Positions 44,765-53,961 of a DNA stretch of 64,000 bases are shown here, piece by piece. The stretch spans positions 21,476 through 85,475 of IMG/VR virus record IMGVR_UViG_3300020122_000665; one strand, 5' to 3'. A program made the position numbers and the translations under genes. Origin of the DNA: a virus. Below the pieces are notes generated by a model, which saw nothing but the letters and a program-made list of their open reading frames with translations, ran no database searches and was not told where the DNA came from. Numbering within the stretch: position 1 is the first letter of the stretch; every line of letters begins with the position of its first letter.

Positions 44765-45331
44765 TCACTCCTCCGAGGCAGTCCGCGGGAAGAGCCGGAC
44801 GTAGTTGCGCGTGTTGATCGTACCGACGACGATCTCGCCGGGAGCTCCCGTCGAGACCGCGAGCCGGCCCGTGGTCGTATTCATCACGACGTTGCCGCCG
44901 ACGCCGGCAGCGTCGACGCCGTGGATGTTCGGCGGAATCCCTGGCCCTTCGGTGATGAATGCCGTGACGACGCCGGCGCTCGCCGGCTCGAGCACCATCC
45001 CGACCCGCGGCGTGGTGTCGATGTTGTAGGTGAAGCCGGTCTTGCCGACGACGCCGAGCGAATACTTCGGATCGGTGCCGCTGAGATTCTCTACGAGCAT
45101 GTCGCCGGCGACGCACGAGGTGATCACCTTGCCGTGCTGCACCTTGTAGGGCGGCCAGTGGCCGTAGAGGAGCCCCTGCCGCTGCAGCTCCAGAATCTGG
45201 TTGTCGATGTAGCCGCGAATTGGGGCGTTCAAGTCGGCCTGCGTGAAGCCGAGGCCGGTGCTCGGATCGGTTCCACCGAGCACAGGATCCTGCTGGCCGC
45301 TGCCGTAGAGCGAAGCCGGGAAGCCTGCCAT
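44765..45331 (-). CDS. Hypothetical structural protein
   Basis: In baseplate operon; codon bias. Confidence 0.65.
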   Translation of the reverse strand: MAGFPASLYGSGQQDPVLGGTDPSTGLGFTQADLNAPIRGYIDNQILELQRQGLLYGHWPPYKVQHGKVITSCVAGDMLVENLSGTDPKYSLGVVGKTGFTYNIDTTPRVGMVLEPASAGVVTAFITEGPGIPPNIHGVDAAGVGGNVVMNTTTGRLAVSTGAPGEIVVGTINTRNYVRLFPRTASEE

Positions 45332-45343
45332 TTCGACCTCGCG

Positions 45344-46543
45344 CTATTGGGTGCGGGGGCCAGCAAGCGTGATCGCGATGCTGGTGGCGTTGGTGACGTA
45401 GCGGTTGAGCGTGAGCGTGCTCGAGTAGCTCGCCGACTGCTTCCGCAGGATGTCGACCGACGGCGACGTCAAGAGGCAGTCCTGCGTGTCGCCGTCGGCG
45501 GCGAGAATGGCCGAGCGCACGGCGTTGACGAGCACCTCGTCGGGCGGCTGGCGGCCGCCGAAGTACCGCTGCACCAGCGCGATGGCCGCCGCGACGAGCG
45601 CGCTCGCGTTGTAGTTGAAGACCGGGCGGTTCATGTACAGCGTCGCCGTCACCTGCACGACGATGACGTTGTAGGGACGGACGTAGACCACCACCCCGTC
45701 GGTGCGCCAGTTGTCGAGCTCGGCGAGTACAGCGGTGAGAAGCGCCGCCGGCAGTCCATAGTTGGCGTCGCCGACGAAGAGAACGACGCTGCCATCACCA
45801 GGCTCGAACGAGTCGACGAAGCGCACGCCGGGGACCTGTCGCGCGCCGAAGTCTACCGCCGCCTTCGTCCCCTTCTGCTTCGACGCATCAGTGGAGACCG
45901 CTTTCAGACGGGCGCGGAGTTCGTCGTCAGTCTCGATCAGCGATCCGCCGCCGAACGCCAGCGGCGCCGCCGCACCGTTGAGGAGCGGATCTCCTCCGAC
46001 GGGGACATAGAGCGCCCATGTCGTGTCCGGCAGCTGGTCGACGATCTTGGTGACGGCCGAGAGCTGGACATTGCCCTGCCCACCAACCTCCGAGGCGGTG
46101 ACGTTGAGGGCGACCGTCGCCACATTCGCAGCAACGGGGACGTCGTCGTTGAAGGTGTAGTCGATCGATGGCTGACCGGAACCCCCTGGTACACCGACGC
46201 GGGAGCCGGCGGGAATGCTCGTCGCGGCGACGCCCGTGCGCTGCATGTATACGACGCCGACGGAGAAGCTCGCGGTAAGTCGCGACGTGCCGTAGTCGAG
46301 CCTCGCGATCTCGTCGAGGTCTTCCCCGACGGCGCTGTCAACGCTGCGCGCCTTCGCGATCTTGGTGAGGGAGGCCTCGCCTCGAAGCAGCATCTGCGCG
46401 ACGCACGAGATTTGTGCCGTCAGGCGCGATCCGTCGGTGAGGTCGATCTTCCCCGTGCCGGACGGATCGAGATCCACACGCAGCGAGTTCTCCCCCGCCT
46501 GGACGAAGTCCGACTTGCTCGGGAGCTGGTCGGTGGTGGGCAT
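45344..46543 (-). CDS. Baseplate J-like protein
   Basis: AVGEDLD, IPAG, GGQGNV, GGSLIETDDELRAR, VPGV. Confidence 0.9.
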   Translation of the reverse strand: MPTTDQLPSKSDFVQAGENSLRVDLDPSGTGKIDLTDGSRLTAQISCVAQMLLRGEASLTKIAKARSVDSAVGEDLDEIARLDYGTSRLTASFSVGVVYMQRTGVAATSIPAGSRVGVPGGSGQPSIDYTFNDDVPVAANVATVALNVTASEVGGQGNVQLSAVTKIVDQLPDTTWALYVPVGGDPLLNGAAAPLAFGGGSLIETDDELRARLKAVSTDASKQKGTKAAVDFGARQVPGVRFVDSFEPGDGSVVLFVGDANYGLPAALLTAVLAELDNWRTDGVVVYVRPYNVIVVQVTATLYMNRPVFNYNASALVAAAIALVQRYFGGRQPPDEVLVNAVRSAILAADGDTQDCLLTSPSVDILRKQSASYSSTLTLNRYVTNATSIAITLAGPRTQ

Positions 46544-47232
46544 CAGATCCCCTTCGTCGACAGGGAGAGCGCGCGGCCCAAGGCGACCGGGCGAAAGGTG
46601 GCGTTGATTTCGTTCTCGCCGGTGAGCTGGTCAGAGACGAGTTCGAGGTCGATGCCGCCCGGTTGATTGCGCGGATCGCGGAGGAAAGCGCGCTGCACGC
46701 GGGCGAAGACCTTGTTTTGCTCGGCCTGCGTGGTCGGCCCGTTCACCTCGGAATTGAGCCCGCCCCCGGCGTCCGGTCGATGGATGATGTCGCCTGGCTC
46801 GAGCCCGGCGATCGCCTCCATGTCGGCGAGGAAGCAATCGGCTCCGCGCAGGCGCGGAACGTCGCCGCCCGCGTCGAGCTGGTCGGTGATCCAGTTGCAA
46901 TCATCACCGAGCGACTCGGCCTCTGCGTCCTCGATGTCGAGCTGCGCGAAGTTGTCCGGCGGCTGGTTGTAGACGAGGAGGTTCGCGCCGGCCTCTTGGA
47001 AGCCGCCGTCGTTGACCAGGAGCAGATAGACCACGCCGGTCATGAGCGGCGCCGACAGCTCGAGCTCTACCGTGTTGGCCCCGGTGAGAAACGCGAGGAG
47101 GATCGTGATCGACGAAGGGCCGCCGTCGCTGCGCGACAGTGCATACTTCTTCGGGTCCGTCGGTGGAACGCCCTCCCCCGAGACGACTGCCGTCGCGCGG
47201 CGCGGCTGCACCGACCAGCACGACTGAATCAT
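46543..47232 (-). CDS. Baseplate wedge/sheath initiator (gp25-like C-terminus)
   Basis: HRPDAGGGL...FLRDPR; upstream of baseplate J. Confidence 0.65.
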   Translation of the reverse strand: MIQSCWSVQPRRATAVVSGEGVPPTDPKKYALSRSDGGPSSITILLAFLTGANTVELELSAPLMTGVVYLLLVNDGGFQEAGANLLVYNQPPDNFAQLDIEDAEAESLGDDCNWITDQLDAGGDVPRLRGADCFLADMEAIAGLEPGDIIHRPDAGGGLNSEVNGPTTQAEQNKVFARVQRAFLRDPRNQPGGIDLELVSDQLTGENEINATFRPVALGRALSLSTKGI

Positions 47233-47241
47233 CGGGGCCTC

Positions 47242-48324
47242 CTACGAGACGGGCAACTTGATGAGCCGGCCAGGGCGGCAGTCTTCCTGAGAGAGCCCAA
47301 GATCTTCGACGCGCGAGCGGTTTCCGATGGCGTCGGCTGCGATCGACTCCGGGGTGTCGCCCTGCGACACGCGGTAGGTCTTGCCGTTGCTCGCCGATGA
47401 CTGCGCGCGCGCCTGCGCGGCCATCGCGCGGAGCATGTCCTGAATCGTGTTGAGGTCGACCATCGTCGCCGCCGACGTGTCGTCCCAGTTGAGCGACGCA
47501 TCGGCGCTCTGGTCGAGCGTGAACTGTCGACCGCTGATGCCCTGGAAGAGCGACGACGGGTCGGCGAAGATCCTCTGCACGTCGCGGACCTTGCGCTGCG
47601 CGGTATCGACCTGTCCGATCAGGCGGGTCGCCGTGTCGACGATCCTGCGGCCGCGACCGAGCGTGCTCGCCTCGAGAGCGCTCGCTCCGATCTGCACGTC
47701 CTCGCACGCCGCGTCGGCGATCGCGAGCGCCGCGTCGATGGTGCGGTCGGCGCTGCGGAGCGCCGTGACGATCGCGCTCGTTTTCGTCTGGATGTCGGCG
47801 ATCATCGCGCGGATCTGAGCTGCGATGTCGGAGGCGGCGTCGCGGCGCGCCGTGGCCTGGCGCTGCGCGGTGTCCTGCTGCGGGTTCGACGACACCTCGG
47901 AGACGATGAAGGTCAGCTCGTAGGTGAGCGACCCGTCTCCCTCGTTGCCGAACTTCGGCTTTCGCATGATGCCGCGAAAGCTCTTCTTCCCCCACGTCAC
48001 CTCGACGGGGCGGAACTCCATCGCGACCCGGATGAGCGCTTCCTGCATTCGATCGGAATGGCCATCGTCGCCCCACTTCCAATCGCGCAGGCGCCCGCGC
48101 ACGACGCGCGGCAGGTTGCGCCACTGCAGCGCGTGGAAGAGCGGCAGCTTGCGCCCGACGAGGTAGGTCCCCTCCTCATCGGCCAGCTTCATCTCGCCGC
48201 CCTCGTCCCACCCGGCGGTCTCGTACGGCGTCCCCTCGGGCGCGTCGCTCTGCTCGAGCGTGACCGTCGTCTGCGATCCGGAGAGCTGCTCGATGGTGAA
48301 CGGGAACGGGCCGGCGTCTGCCAT
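47242..48324 (-). CDS. Tail tube initiator with C-terminal LysM-like domain
   Basis: TYRVSQGDTPESIA...PGRLIKLP. Confidence 0.75.
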   Translation of the reverse strand: MADAGPFPFTIEQLSGSQTTVTLEQSDAPEGTPYETAGWDEGGEMKLADEEGTYLVGRKLPLFHALQWRNLPRVVRGRLRDWKWGDDGHSDRMQEALIRVAMEFRPVEVTWGKKSFRGIMRKPKFGNEGDGSLTYELTFIVSEVSSNPQQDTAQRQATARRDAASDIAAQIRAMIADIQTKTSAIVTALRSADRTIDAALAIADAACEDVQIGASALEASTLGRGRRIVDTATRLIGQVDTAQRKVRDVQRIFADPSSLFQGISGRQFTLDQSADASLNWDDTSAATMVDLNTIQDMLRAMAAQARAQSSASNGKTYRVSQGDTPESIAADAIGNRSRVEDLGLSQEDCRPGRLIKLPVS

Positions 48325-48333
48325 CGAAGCCCC

Positions 48334-49083
48334 CTACGTCGTTTTGGAGACCTGCGACAGAAATCCCGTCGCCCCCCCCTCGAAGGCTCCGAACGCAGCA
48401 GCAGCAGCAGCTAGTTGCGTTCCCGCCGTCGTCAGGAAGCCGGCCGCTGTTGCGAAAGCCGCGAGAAACGCCGGATTGGCGCCTGCGCTCGAGAGCGCCG
48501 CCGCCGCCGCCGCCAGCGTCGTTTGAACGGTGGTGTCCATCGTCTGCTGAGCTGATCGATAGGTGGTGCCCTTGATCAGGAAGTCCGCCGCGCCCGATCC
48601 GCCGAGCGCCACGTGGCCGCCTCCCAAGACGGTGATCGTGCAGTCCTTGCCGTTGGCGACGGTGATGTCCAGCTTACCGTTGACCGTCTTGATGAGCAGG
48701 TCACCATCGGGAGATTGGAAAACGGTGTTGGTGTCGGTCAGCTCCGCCGGCACGTCGTTGTCGCGCTGACTGTCGATCGGCAGCGCGAGCGACATCGTGT
48801 GGTCGGCACGCGCGGGGCGGAGGAAGAGGAAGGTGTCGCTCGCCTTCGTCTTGCGCCAGATGACGCCGCCCATCGTGAAGATCGTCGAGAAGAGCGAGTG
48901 CTGATTGTGGGCGTGCTCGCCGTGCGCGCGAAGGGCGCGCTTCGTTCCGAGGGTCTCCGCCGCGTCGGTGATCTTTGATAGCACCACCTCGCCCATGTCG
49001 GGGACCGAGGCGAGCACCATCCTCATCGCCTCGCCGAGTTCCGCGATGATGCCAGCGCTCGCGTCGCCCTTGCCGCGCTTCAC
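48334..49083 (-). CDS. Baseplate central spike-like protein
   Basis: Position after the hub gene; beta-repeat middle; SQVSKTT end. Confidence 0.6.
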   Translation of the reverse strand: MKRGKGDASAGIIAELGEAMRMVLASVPDMGEVVLSKITDAAETLGTKRALRAHGEHAHNQHSLFSTIFTMGGVIWRKTKASDTFLFLRPARADHTMSLALPIDSQRDNDVPAELTDTNTVFQSPDGDLLIKTVNGKLDITVANGKDCTITVLGGGHVALGGSGAADFLIKGTTYRSAQQTMDTTVQTTLAAAAAALSSAGANPAFLAAFATAAGFLTTAGTQLAAAAAAFGAFEGGATGFLSQVSKTT

Positions 49084-50597
49084 GTGAGCACCGGGACTTC
49101 GATGAGATTGATGAGCGACAGCTCGATATTCGGCACGCCGGAGTCGCTGTAGTCGATGTCGACGTCCTTCACGTACCAGAGGTTCGACGTCTTCACGCGC
49201 GCCGCACGCACGGCCAGGCGAGCGTAGCCCTCCTCGCAGCCCAGTTCGTCGACGAGAAACGCCACCGCGTCGCTATCGCTGCCGTCGCGCAGCCTCGCAG
49301 TGAGCACCGGCTCGACCTCGACGGTCACGCGATTGCCGTTCTGCAGCCGCAGCGCCACCGCGTCCCACACGGGAGTCGACAGCTTGATCTCGCACTCCTG
49401 CGACCCGATCGCCTTCCACACCAGCTTCGCGTACTCGAGCACCGCGTCCGGCGTGTGGACGGCGCGCAGGTAGAAGACGTCACGATCTGGCGGTTCGATA
49501 ACGTGAGCAGGCGCAGCACCGGTGGCATTGCGGTGCTTCGGCTTGCCCTTCGCCTTCGCCGCCTTGACCTGCTCGCGCGCGTCCTGGCCGATCGATTTGA
49601 CGACGCCCTTGACCATGTGCTTGTCGAGCGGAACCGCATTGTCGCGCGGCCACACCTTCTCGATGCGCGTGCACGTGTCGTCGTCGAAGGCGATGACCCG
49701 GATGCCCTTGCGCCGGCGAATGAATTTCTTCGAGCGCGACACCTTCGAGGTGTTGGCGTTCTCGTTGTTGAAGATGAAGTGAGCGACCGCCTCGTCGGTG
49801 GTGGACACCTTCTCCCCGGGGTCGCCGAAGGCCTCCTCGGGCTTTCGCACGACGAGCTCGTTGAGCACGATGTTGACCGAGCGCCCGGCGATCGCGCAGA
49901 GGAACTCGATCACCTCCCAGGCGCTCATGTCGCTCTTCTGGAGCGGGATCGGCGCATTGACGTTGCGCTTCCCGGTGAGCTGCGCGAGCGAGTATTGCAG
50001 GGCCTCGGTGTTCCGCAGCAGGACGCGCGGGTTGCCTTCGTCGTCGTGCATGTCGGGGACGAAGTCGAGGATCCTCTTGATGGCCGTGCCGAGGTCGTCC
50101 GAGTAGTGCGGCATCGGGTCGACCTTCGAGCCGTTGCGCTTCACCGGCGCGAGCGGCTTGTGGTCGCGAAGCGGGAAGGAAAGATCCTTGAACTTCATCC
50201 GGTAGACGGGGACTTCGTCGCCGTCCTCACCGTCGCCGAGTTCGCCGTCGCCGACGAAGTGGATGTTTTCCCGAAACTCGATCTCGTTGTCGGGGCCTCC
50301 GGCGTCCGCCATGAAGAGCGTGACGAAGGAACTCTCGATCGTGTTCGTGTCGAAGCGGAAGAACGCGCCGTCGAAGTCGATCTCGCAGGTCGTCGGGTGG
50401 CTGTGCGAGCGGCGCGCGAGCTTCACGCGCTTCGGCGGCAGGTGAAGCGTCTCCTGCACGCCGCCGATCACGACGACGAGCTCGGCCATAGCGCGCGGGA
50501 AGTAGACGCCCCCCTGCCCTAGCCCGCTGCGGATCGTGCCGTCGATGAAGTCCGACGGCTGCGCTCCCTGGAATGGGTTGCCCGCGTAATCATCCAA
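49080..50597 (-). CDS. Baseplate hub (late control D-like)
   Basis: Follows tape measure; size; SAWEVIEFL motif. Confidence 0.65.
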   Translation of the reverse strand: MDDYAGNPFQGAQPSDFIDGTIRSGLGQGGVYFPRAMAELVVVIGGVQETLHLPPKRVKLARRSHSHPTTCEIDFDGAFFRFDTNTIESSFVTLFMADAGGPDNEIEFRENIHFVGDGELGDGEDGDEVPVYRMKFKDLSFPLRDHKPLAPVKRNGSKVDPMPHYSDDLGTAIKRILDFVPDMHDDEGNPRVLLRNTEALQYSLAQLTGKRNVNAPIPLQKSDMSAWEVIEFLCAIAGRSVNIVLNELVVRKPEEAFGDPGEKVSTTDEAVAHFIFNNENANTSKVSRSKKFIRRRKGIRVIAFDDDTCTRIEKVWPRDNAVPLDKHMVKGVVKSIGQDAREQVKAAKAKGKPKHRNATGAAPAHVIEPPDRDVFYLRAVHTPDAVLEYAKLVWKAIGSQECEIKLSTPVWDAVALRLQNGNRVTVEVEPVLTARLRDGSDSDAVAFLVDELGCEEGYARLAVRAARVKTSNLWYVKDVDIDYSDSGVPNIELSLINLIEVPVLT

Positions 50598-52650
50598 TCA
50601 GCGACCCGAGGCTGCCGGGGTCGGTCGGGACGTGCGTGCGCAGCGCGTCCTTGATCGCCCTGGTGGTGGCGATGTGGATCCGATCCGGATCCTCGCCGTT
50701 GTTGATCTCCTGCGTGAGGTTCACGACGACGTTGACGGCAGCCTTCTTCCCCGGCTCGTTCTTGCCGGAGATCGCCAGGCTCGCGCCGGCCGGATGGTCC
50801 TCCTCCATCATCTTGCGGAACTTGGCGGGGTTGGCGAGCTTGTAGGCCTCCGTCGAGTCGTAGATGGGGAGCATCACCTTGCGGACCCACTCGTCTTGCT
50901 GAGATTGGGTGCCGCCGTCGAGGTTATTCTCCTTCATCCACGCGCGGACGCGAGCCTCGTCGACGCCGCCGAACTTGTTGTAGGCGCCCATCCGGCGCGC
51001 CATCTCCACCATGGGGAGCGCCTTGTTGCCGAGGTTGCGCGCCATCACCTCGAAGCCGTCGAGGTTCCCCGTCTTGCCGTTGTCGACGGCACCGCGCCAG
51101 TCGCCCATCGCCTCGATCACGTCAGCGTCGACGCCGTGGTTTTGCAGCACGGAGGCGAAGCGCCGGCGCGAGGCCACCATCTCCTTGTGGCCGCCGGTCG
51201 CCTTGTAGTAGCGCTCCACCTCGTCGCGCACGGCCGCGCCTTCGGCCTCGGCGAGCACGCGGCTCTTGTGGTTCTTGTCGACCTCTCCGGCGAGCACGTT
51301 GAGCGACGCGTAGAGCGCCGACAGCGCGCCGCCGACCTGGCCGAACTGACCCGGCAGCGCCGACAGCGACCCGGTGAGGATGCCGACCGCGTCCTGAAAG
51401 TGCTGCGTGCCGGTCCCGAGGTCGCTCACGTTGTTGGTGAAGCGCGCGACGGCGACGTTGACGCCGGACCGCATGACGGCGTTCGTCACGGTGCCGAGAG
51501 CACCCTCGAGACCACCCTGCAGCTTGTGGCCGTAGAGCTCCATCTGGCGGGTCATGCCGCCGCCCATGTTGACCATGGAGTATCCGGTCAGCTGCTTCCC
51601 CATCGTCAGCCCGGGCATTCCGCCGGAGACGCCGCCGAATCCCATCCCGACCGCGCCCATCGCGCGCTGCGCGAGCCACACCTCGGCGAGAACCTTGATC
51701 GACTCCTTGTTGTCGATGAGGAACGCACCGATCTGCTGGCCGTACTTCGACGCCTCGCGGAGCGCGTCGACGATGCCGTGGCCGAGCGCCTCCGCGGTCT
51801 TCAGAATCGATTCGCGGTTCTTCTCGAACCAGGCGTTGATCTCGACGAGCGCGCTCTTCGCTTGGTCGAAGAACGCCTTTCCGAAGGTGCGCATCACCAC
51901 CTTCTCGTAGCTCTGCGTCGTCGTGACGATGGCGCCCCACGTCTCGCCGTAGGCCTTCATCGCAGGCTCGAAGCCGGCCACGGCCTTGTTGATCGCCTCG
52001 ACGCGCTTCTCCGGCGAGAGCGCGTTGAAGCCGCCGCCGCCGTCGTCCATGAACCCGGCAAGCTTGCGGAAGAGCGGCGAGATGCTGCGCGCGTGCCCCT
52101 CGAGCATCTGCGACAGCGCGTGCCCCGTGCTGCCGGCGTCGATGCCGAACATCTTGCCGACGTTGCCGACCTTGTAGGCCATCTGCTCGATCTGGTCGAG
52201 CGTCATCCCCGAGTGCGCCCCGGAGGCGATGTTCATCTGGTTGATCTGGAGCAGGTCGTCGAACGTCCCGTGGAACGTCCGCGAGTGCTCGCGGATCTTG
52301 GTGAGCAGTGCGTCGCTGACGGAGAGGGCGCGATTGAATCCTTCGACGCCGTCGCCGATGCCGGTGAAGCGACCGGCCTGGATCATGCCGGCCATCGCGA
52401 TGCGCGTGCTCTCGAACTGGGCCGACAGGTTGATCAGCTTCTCGCCGAGCCCAACTGCGTCGTGCGCGAGCTGGTGGAATCCGAGGTAGCCGAGCGCGAA
52501 CTCGTTCATGTGCGAGAGCACGCCCTTCGTGTGCTCCGCGCTCTTCCCGAGGTGGTCCATCGCCTCGGCGCCGGCGCGCGCCTCGGGCGCGATCTGGCCG
52601 AGCCCCTGCGTCTCGTAGATCGTGACGACGCGGTAGGTCTCGTCGGCCAT
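50590..52650 (-). CDS. Tail tape measure protein
   Basis: Long helical Ala/Gly-rich protein after the chaperones; VNVVVNLTQEI near the C-terminus. Confidence 0.8.
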   Translation of the reverse strand: MADETYRVVTIYETQGLGQIAPEARAGAEAMDHLGKSAEHTKGVLSHMNEFALGYLGFHQLAHDAVGLGEKLINLSAQFESTRIAMAGMIQAGRFTGIGDGVEGFNRALSVSDALLTKIREHSRTFHGTFDDLLQINQMNIASGAHSGMTLDQIEQMAYKVGNVGKMFGIDAGSTGHALSQMLEGHARSISPLFRKLAGFMDDGGGGFNALSPEKRVEAINKAVAGFEPAMKAYGETWGAIVTTTQSYEKVVMRTFGKAFFDQAKSALVEINAWFEKNRESILKTAEALGHGIVDALREASKYGQQIGAFLIDNKESIKVLAEVWLAQRAMGAVGMGFGGVSGGMPGLTMGKQLTGYSMVNMGGGMTRQMELYGHKLQGGLEGALGTVTNAVMRSGVNVAVARFTNNVSDLGTGTQHFQDAVGILTGSLSALPGQFGQVGGALSALYASLNVLAGEVDKNHKSRVLAEAEGAAVRDEVERYYKATGGHKEMVASRRRFASVLQNHGVDADVIEAMGDWRGAVDNGKTGNLDGFEVMARNLGNKALPMVEMARRMGAYNKFGGVDEARVRAWMKENNLDGGTQSQQDEWVRKVMLPIYDSTEAYKLANPAKFRKMMEEDHPAGASLAISGKNEPGKKAAVNVVVNLTQEINNGEDPDRIHIATTRAIKDALRTHVPTDPGSLGSLIG

Positions 52651-52653
52651 GAC

Positions 52654-52887
52654 CTACCTCCGCGTCCTGTTGATCTGCCGCCCGCGCGCGTCGAGCAGCA
52701 CGGGCTCCTTCTTCTTGTCGTCGTTGCCGTTGAACTCGCGGGTCAGCCTGCCGACGACGTTCGACCAGCGGACGATCTCGGAGATCGACCAGCGCTTGAC
52801 CTTCTCGATGTCCTGATTGCCGTGGACCGCGAGAATCCCTACCCGACGATCGAGCGGGTCAATCTCGTCGTCGCCATGCTTTTTTTT
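52654..52887 (-). CDS. Tail assembly chaperone frameshift extension (gpGT-like)
   Basis: -1 frame after the A8 run reads KHGDDEIDPLDRRVG...INRTRR to TAG at 52654; no start codon of its own at the 5' end. Confidence 0.75.
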   Translation of the reverse strand, partial: KKKHGDDEIDPLDRRVGILAVHGNQDIEKVKRWSISEIVRWSNVVGRLTREFNGNDDKKKEPVLLDARGRQINRTRR

Positions 52888-53390
52888 GGAGCGAAGGTCT
52901 CCTCGAGGATCCGCGAGTAGAGGAGGCCGTAGTCGAGCGGAAACGTGTTGAAGAGCTCCTTCAGCGTCGGCCCGGTGACGGCGAGGATCTGATAGTTGAC
53001 GGGGATCCAGCCGCCGCCGGCGAGCTTGCCGCGCTTATGCGGGGCCGACGGAGGGTCGATCGCGTCGAGCATCGCGTCGATGTCGACGATGACGGAGTCG
53101 ACCTCGTTCTGATTCTCGTCGAGGAGGTTCGGATCGAACCCGAGCTCGCCGAGCGTCGCCTTGCGCTTCAGGTAGACGTCCGGCACCTCGTCGAGGGTGA
53201 CGAACTTGAGCGAGGCCATCACCTGCTCGCGCGTGAGGAGCGCCTCCTGCTTGACCGGATCCTTCTCGATGCCCGCGCGCTCCTTGCAGGCGTCGATGTC
53301 GTCGAGCCCGAGCGCCACGAACTTGACCGCGCGCAGCGACTGCGGCAGGCGCATCCGGTAGATCGTCTTCGGCCCTCCTCCGATGGCCAT
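52839..53390 (-). CDS. Tail assembly chaperone (gpG-like)
   Basis: Between tube and tape measure; slippery CCA AAA AAA AGC near the end. Confidence 0.8.
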   Translation of the reverse strand: MAIGGGPKTIYRMRLPQSLRAVKFVALGLDDIDACKERAGIEKDPVKQEALLTREQVMASLKFVTLDEVPDVYLKRKATLGELGFDPNLLDENQNEVDSVIVDIDAMLDAIDPPSAPHKRGKLAGGGWIPVNYQILAVTGPTLKELFNTFPLDYGLLYSRILEETFAPKKSMATTRLTRSIVG

Positions 53391-53393
53391 GGG

Positions 53394-53858
53394 TTAGGCC
53401 TTCCCGACGGCGATGCCGCGGCCGCGCGCGTTCACCGATACCTTGTTGCGAGCCTCGGCGCCGCCCATCGCCATCTTCCATCCGAAGACGCCGTTCAGAA
53501 GCGACAGCGACTCGAAGTCGCCGAGGCGCTCGGTGAAGAGCATGATCACGCTCAGATCGTCGACCGACACCCTCGCGTCGCGCTGCTGCTCGATCTGCTC
53601 GAAGGTCTGGATGATGGTGAGCTTCGGGACGAAGAAGGTCCCATCCCACGTCCAACCGCGCCGACGGTGATCCGGCTGGTTGAGCGGGTCGCCCATGAGC
53701 TTGTCGTCGTGCTCGACGTAGACGGCCCCGACGTTGCCGGACTCCCACTCCGTCTCGACGTCGCCGATCGGCGAGCCGTTGCGGAGAAAGCGGAGCCGCA
53801 CGTCGGCGCCGTCCATGCGCAGCTTGGGGAGGGAGGGATCGCCGATCGGACCGGCCAT
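53394..53858 (-). CDS. Tail tube protein
   Basis: 154-aa beta-rich protein directly after the sheath. Confidence 0.75.
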   Translation of the reverse strand: MAGPIGDPSLPKLRMDGADVRLRFLRNGSPIGDVETEWESGNVGAVYVEHDDKLMGDPLNQPDHRRRGWTWDGTFFVPKLTIIQTFEQIEQQRDARVSVDDLSVIMLFTERLGDFESLSLLNGVFGWKMAMGGAEARNKVSVNARGRGIAVGKA

Positions 53859-53961
53859 GGGTGGCTCCTTGCGCCGAGCGGATCCGCGCGGCGTGCGGCG
53901 GCGCGCGCGAGCGCGCCCTGTTGGTTTTTCAGGGAGGGAGAGACGGCGGGAGAGGCGAGAA

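Noticed and set aside
48395-48412. GCA trinucleotide run as a contingency locus
   Set aside because: Encodes an in-frame poly-Ala stretch; unit changes would not shift the frame
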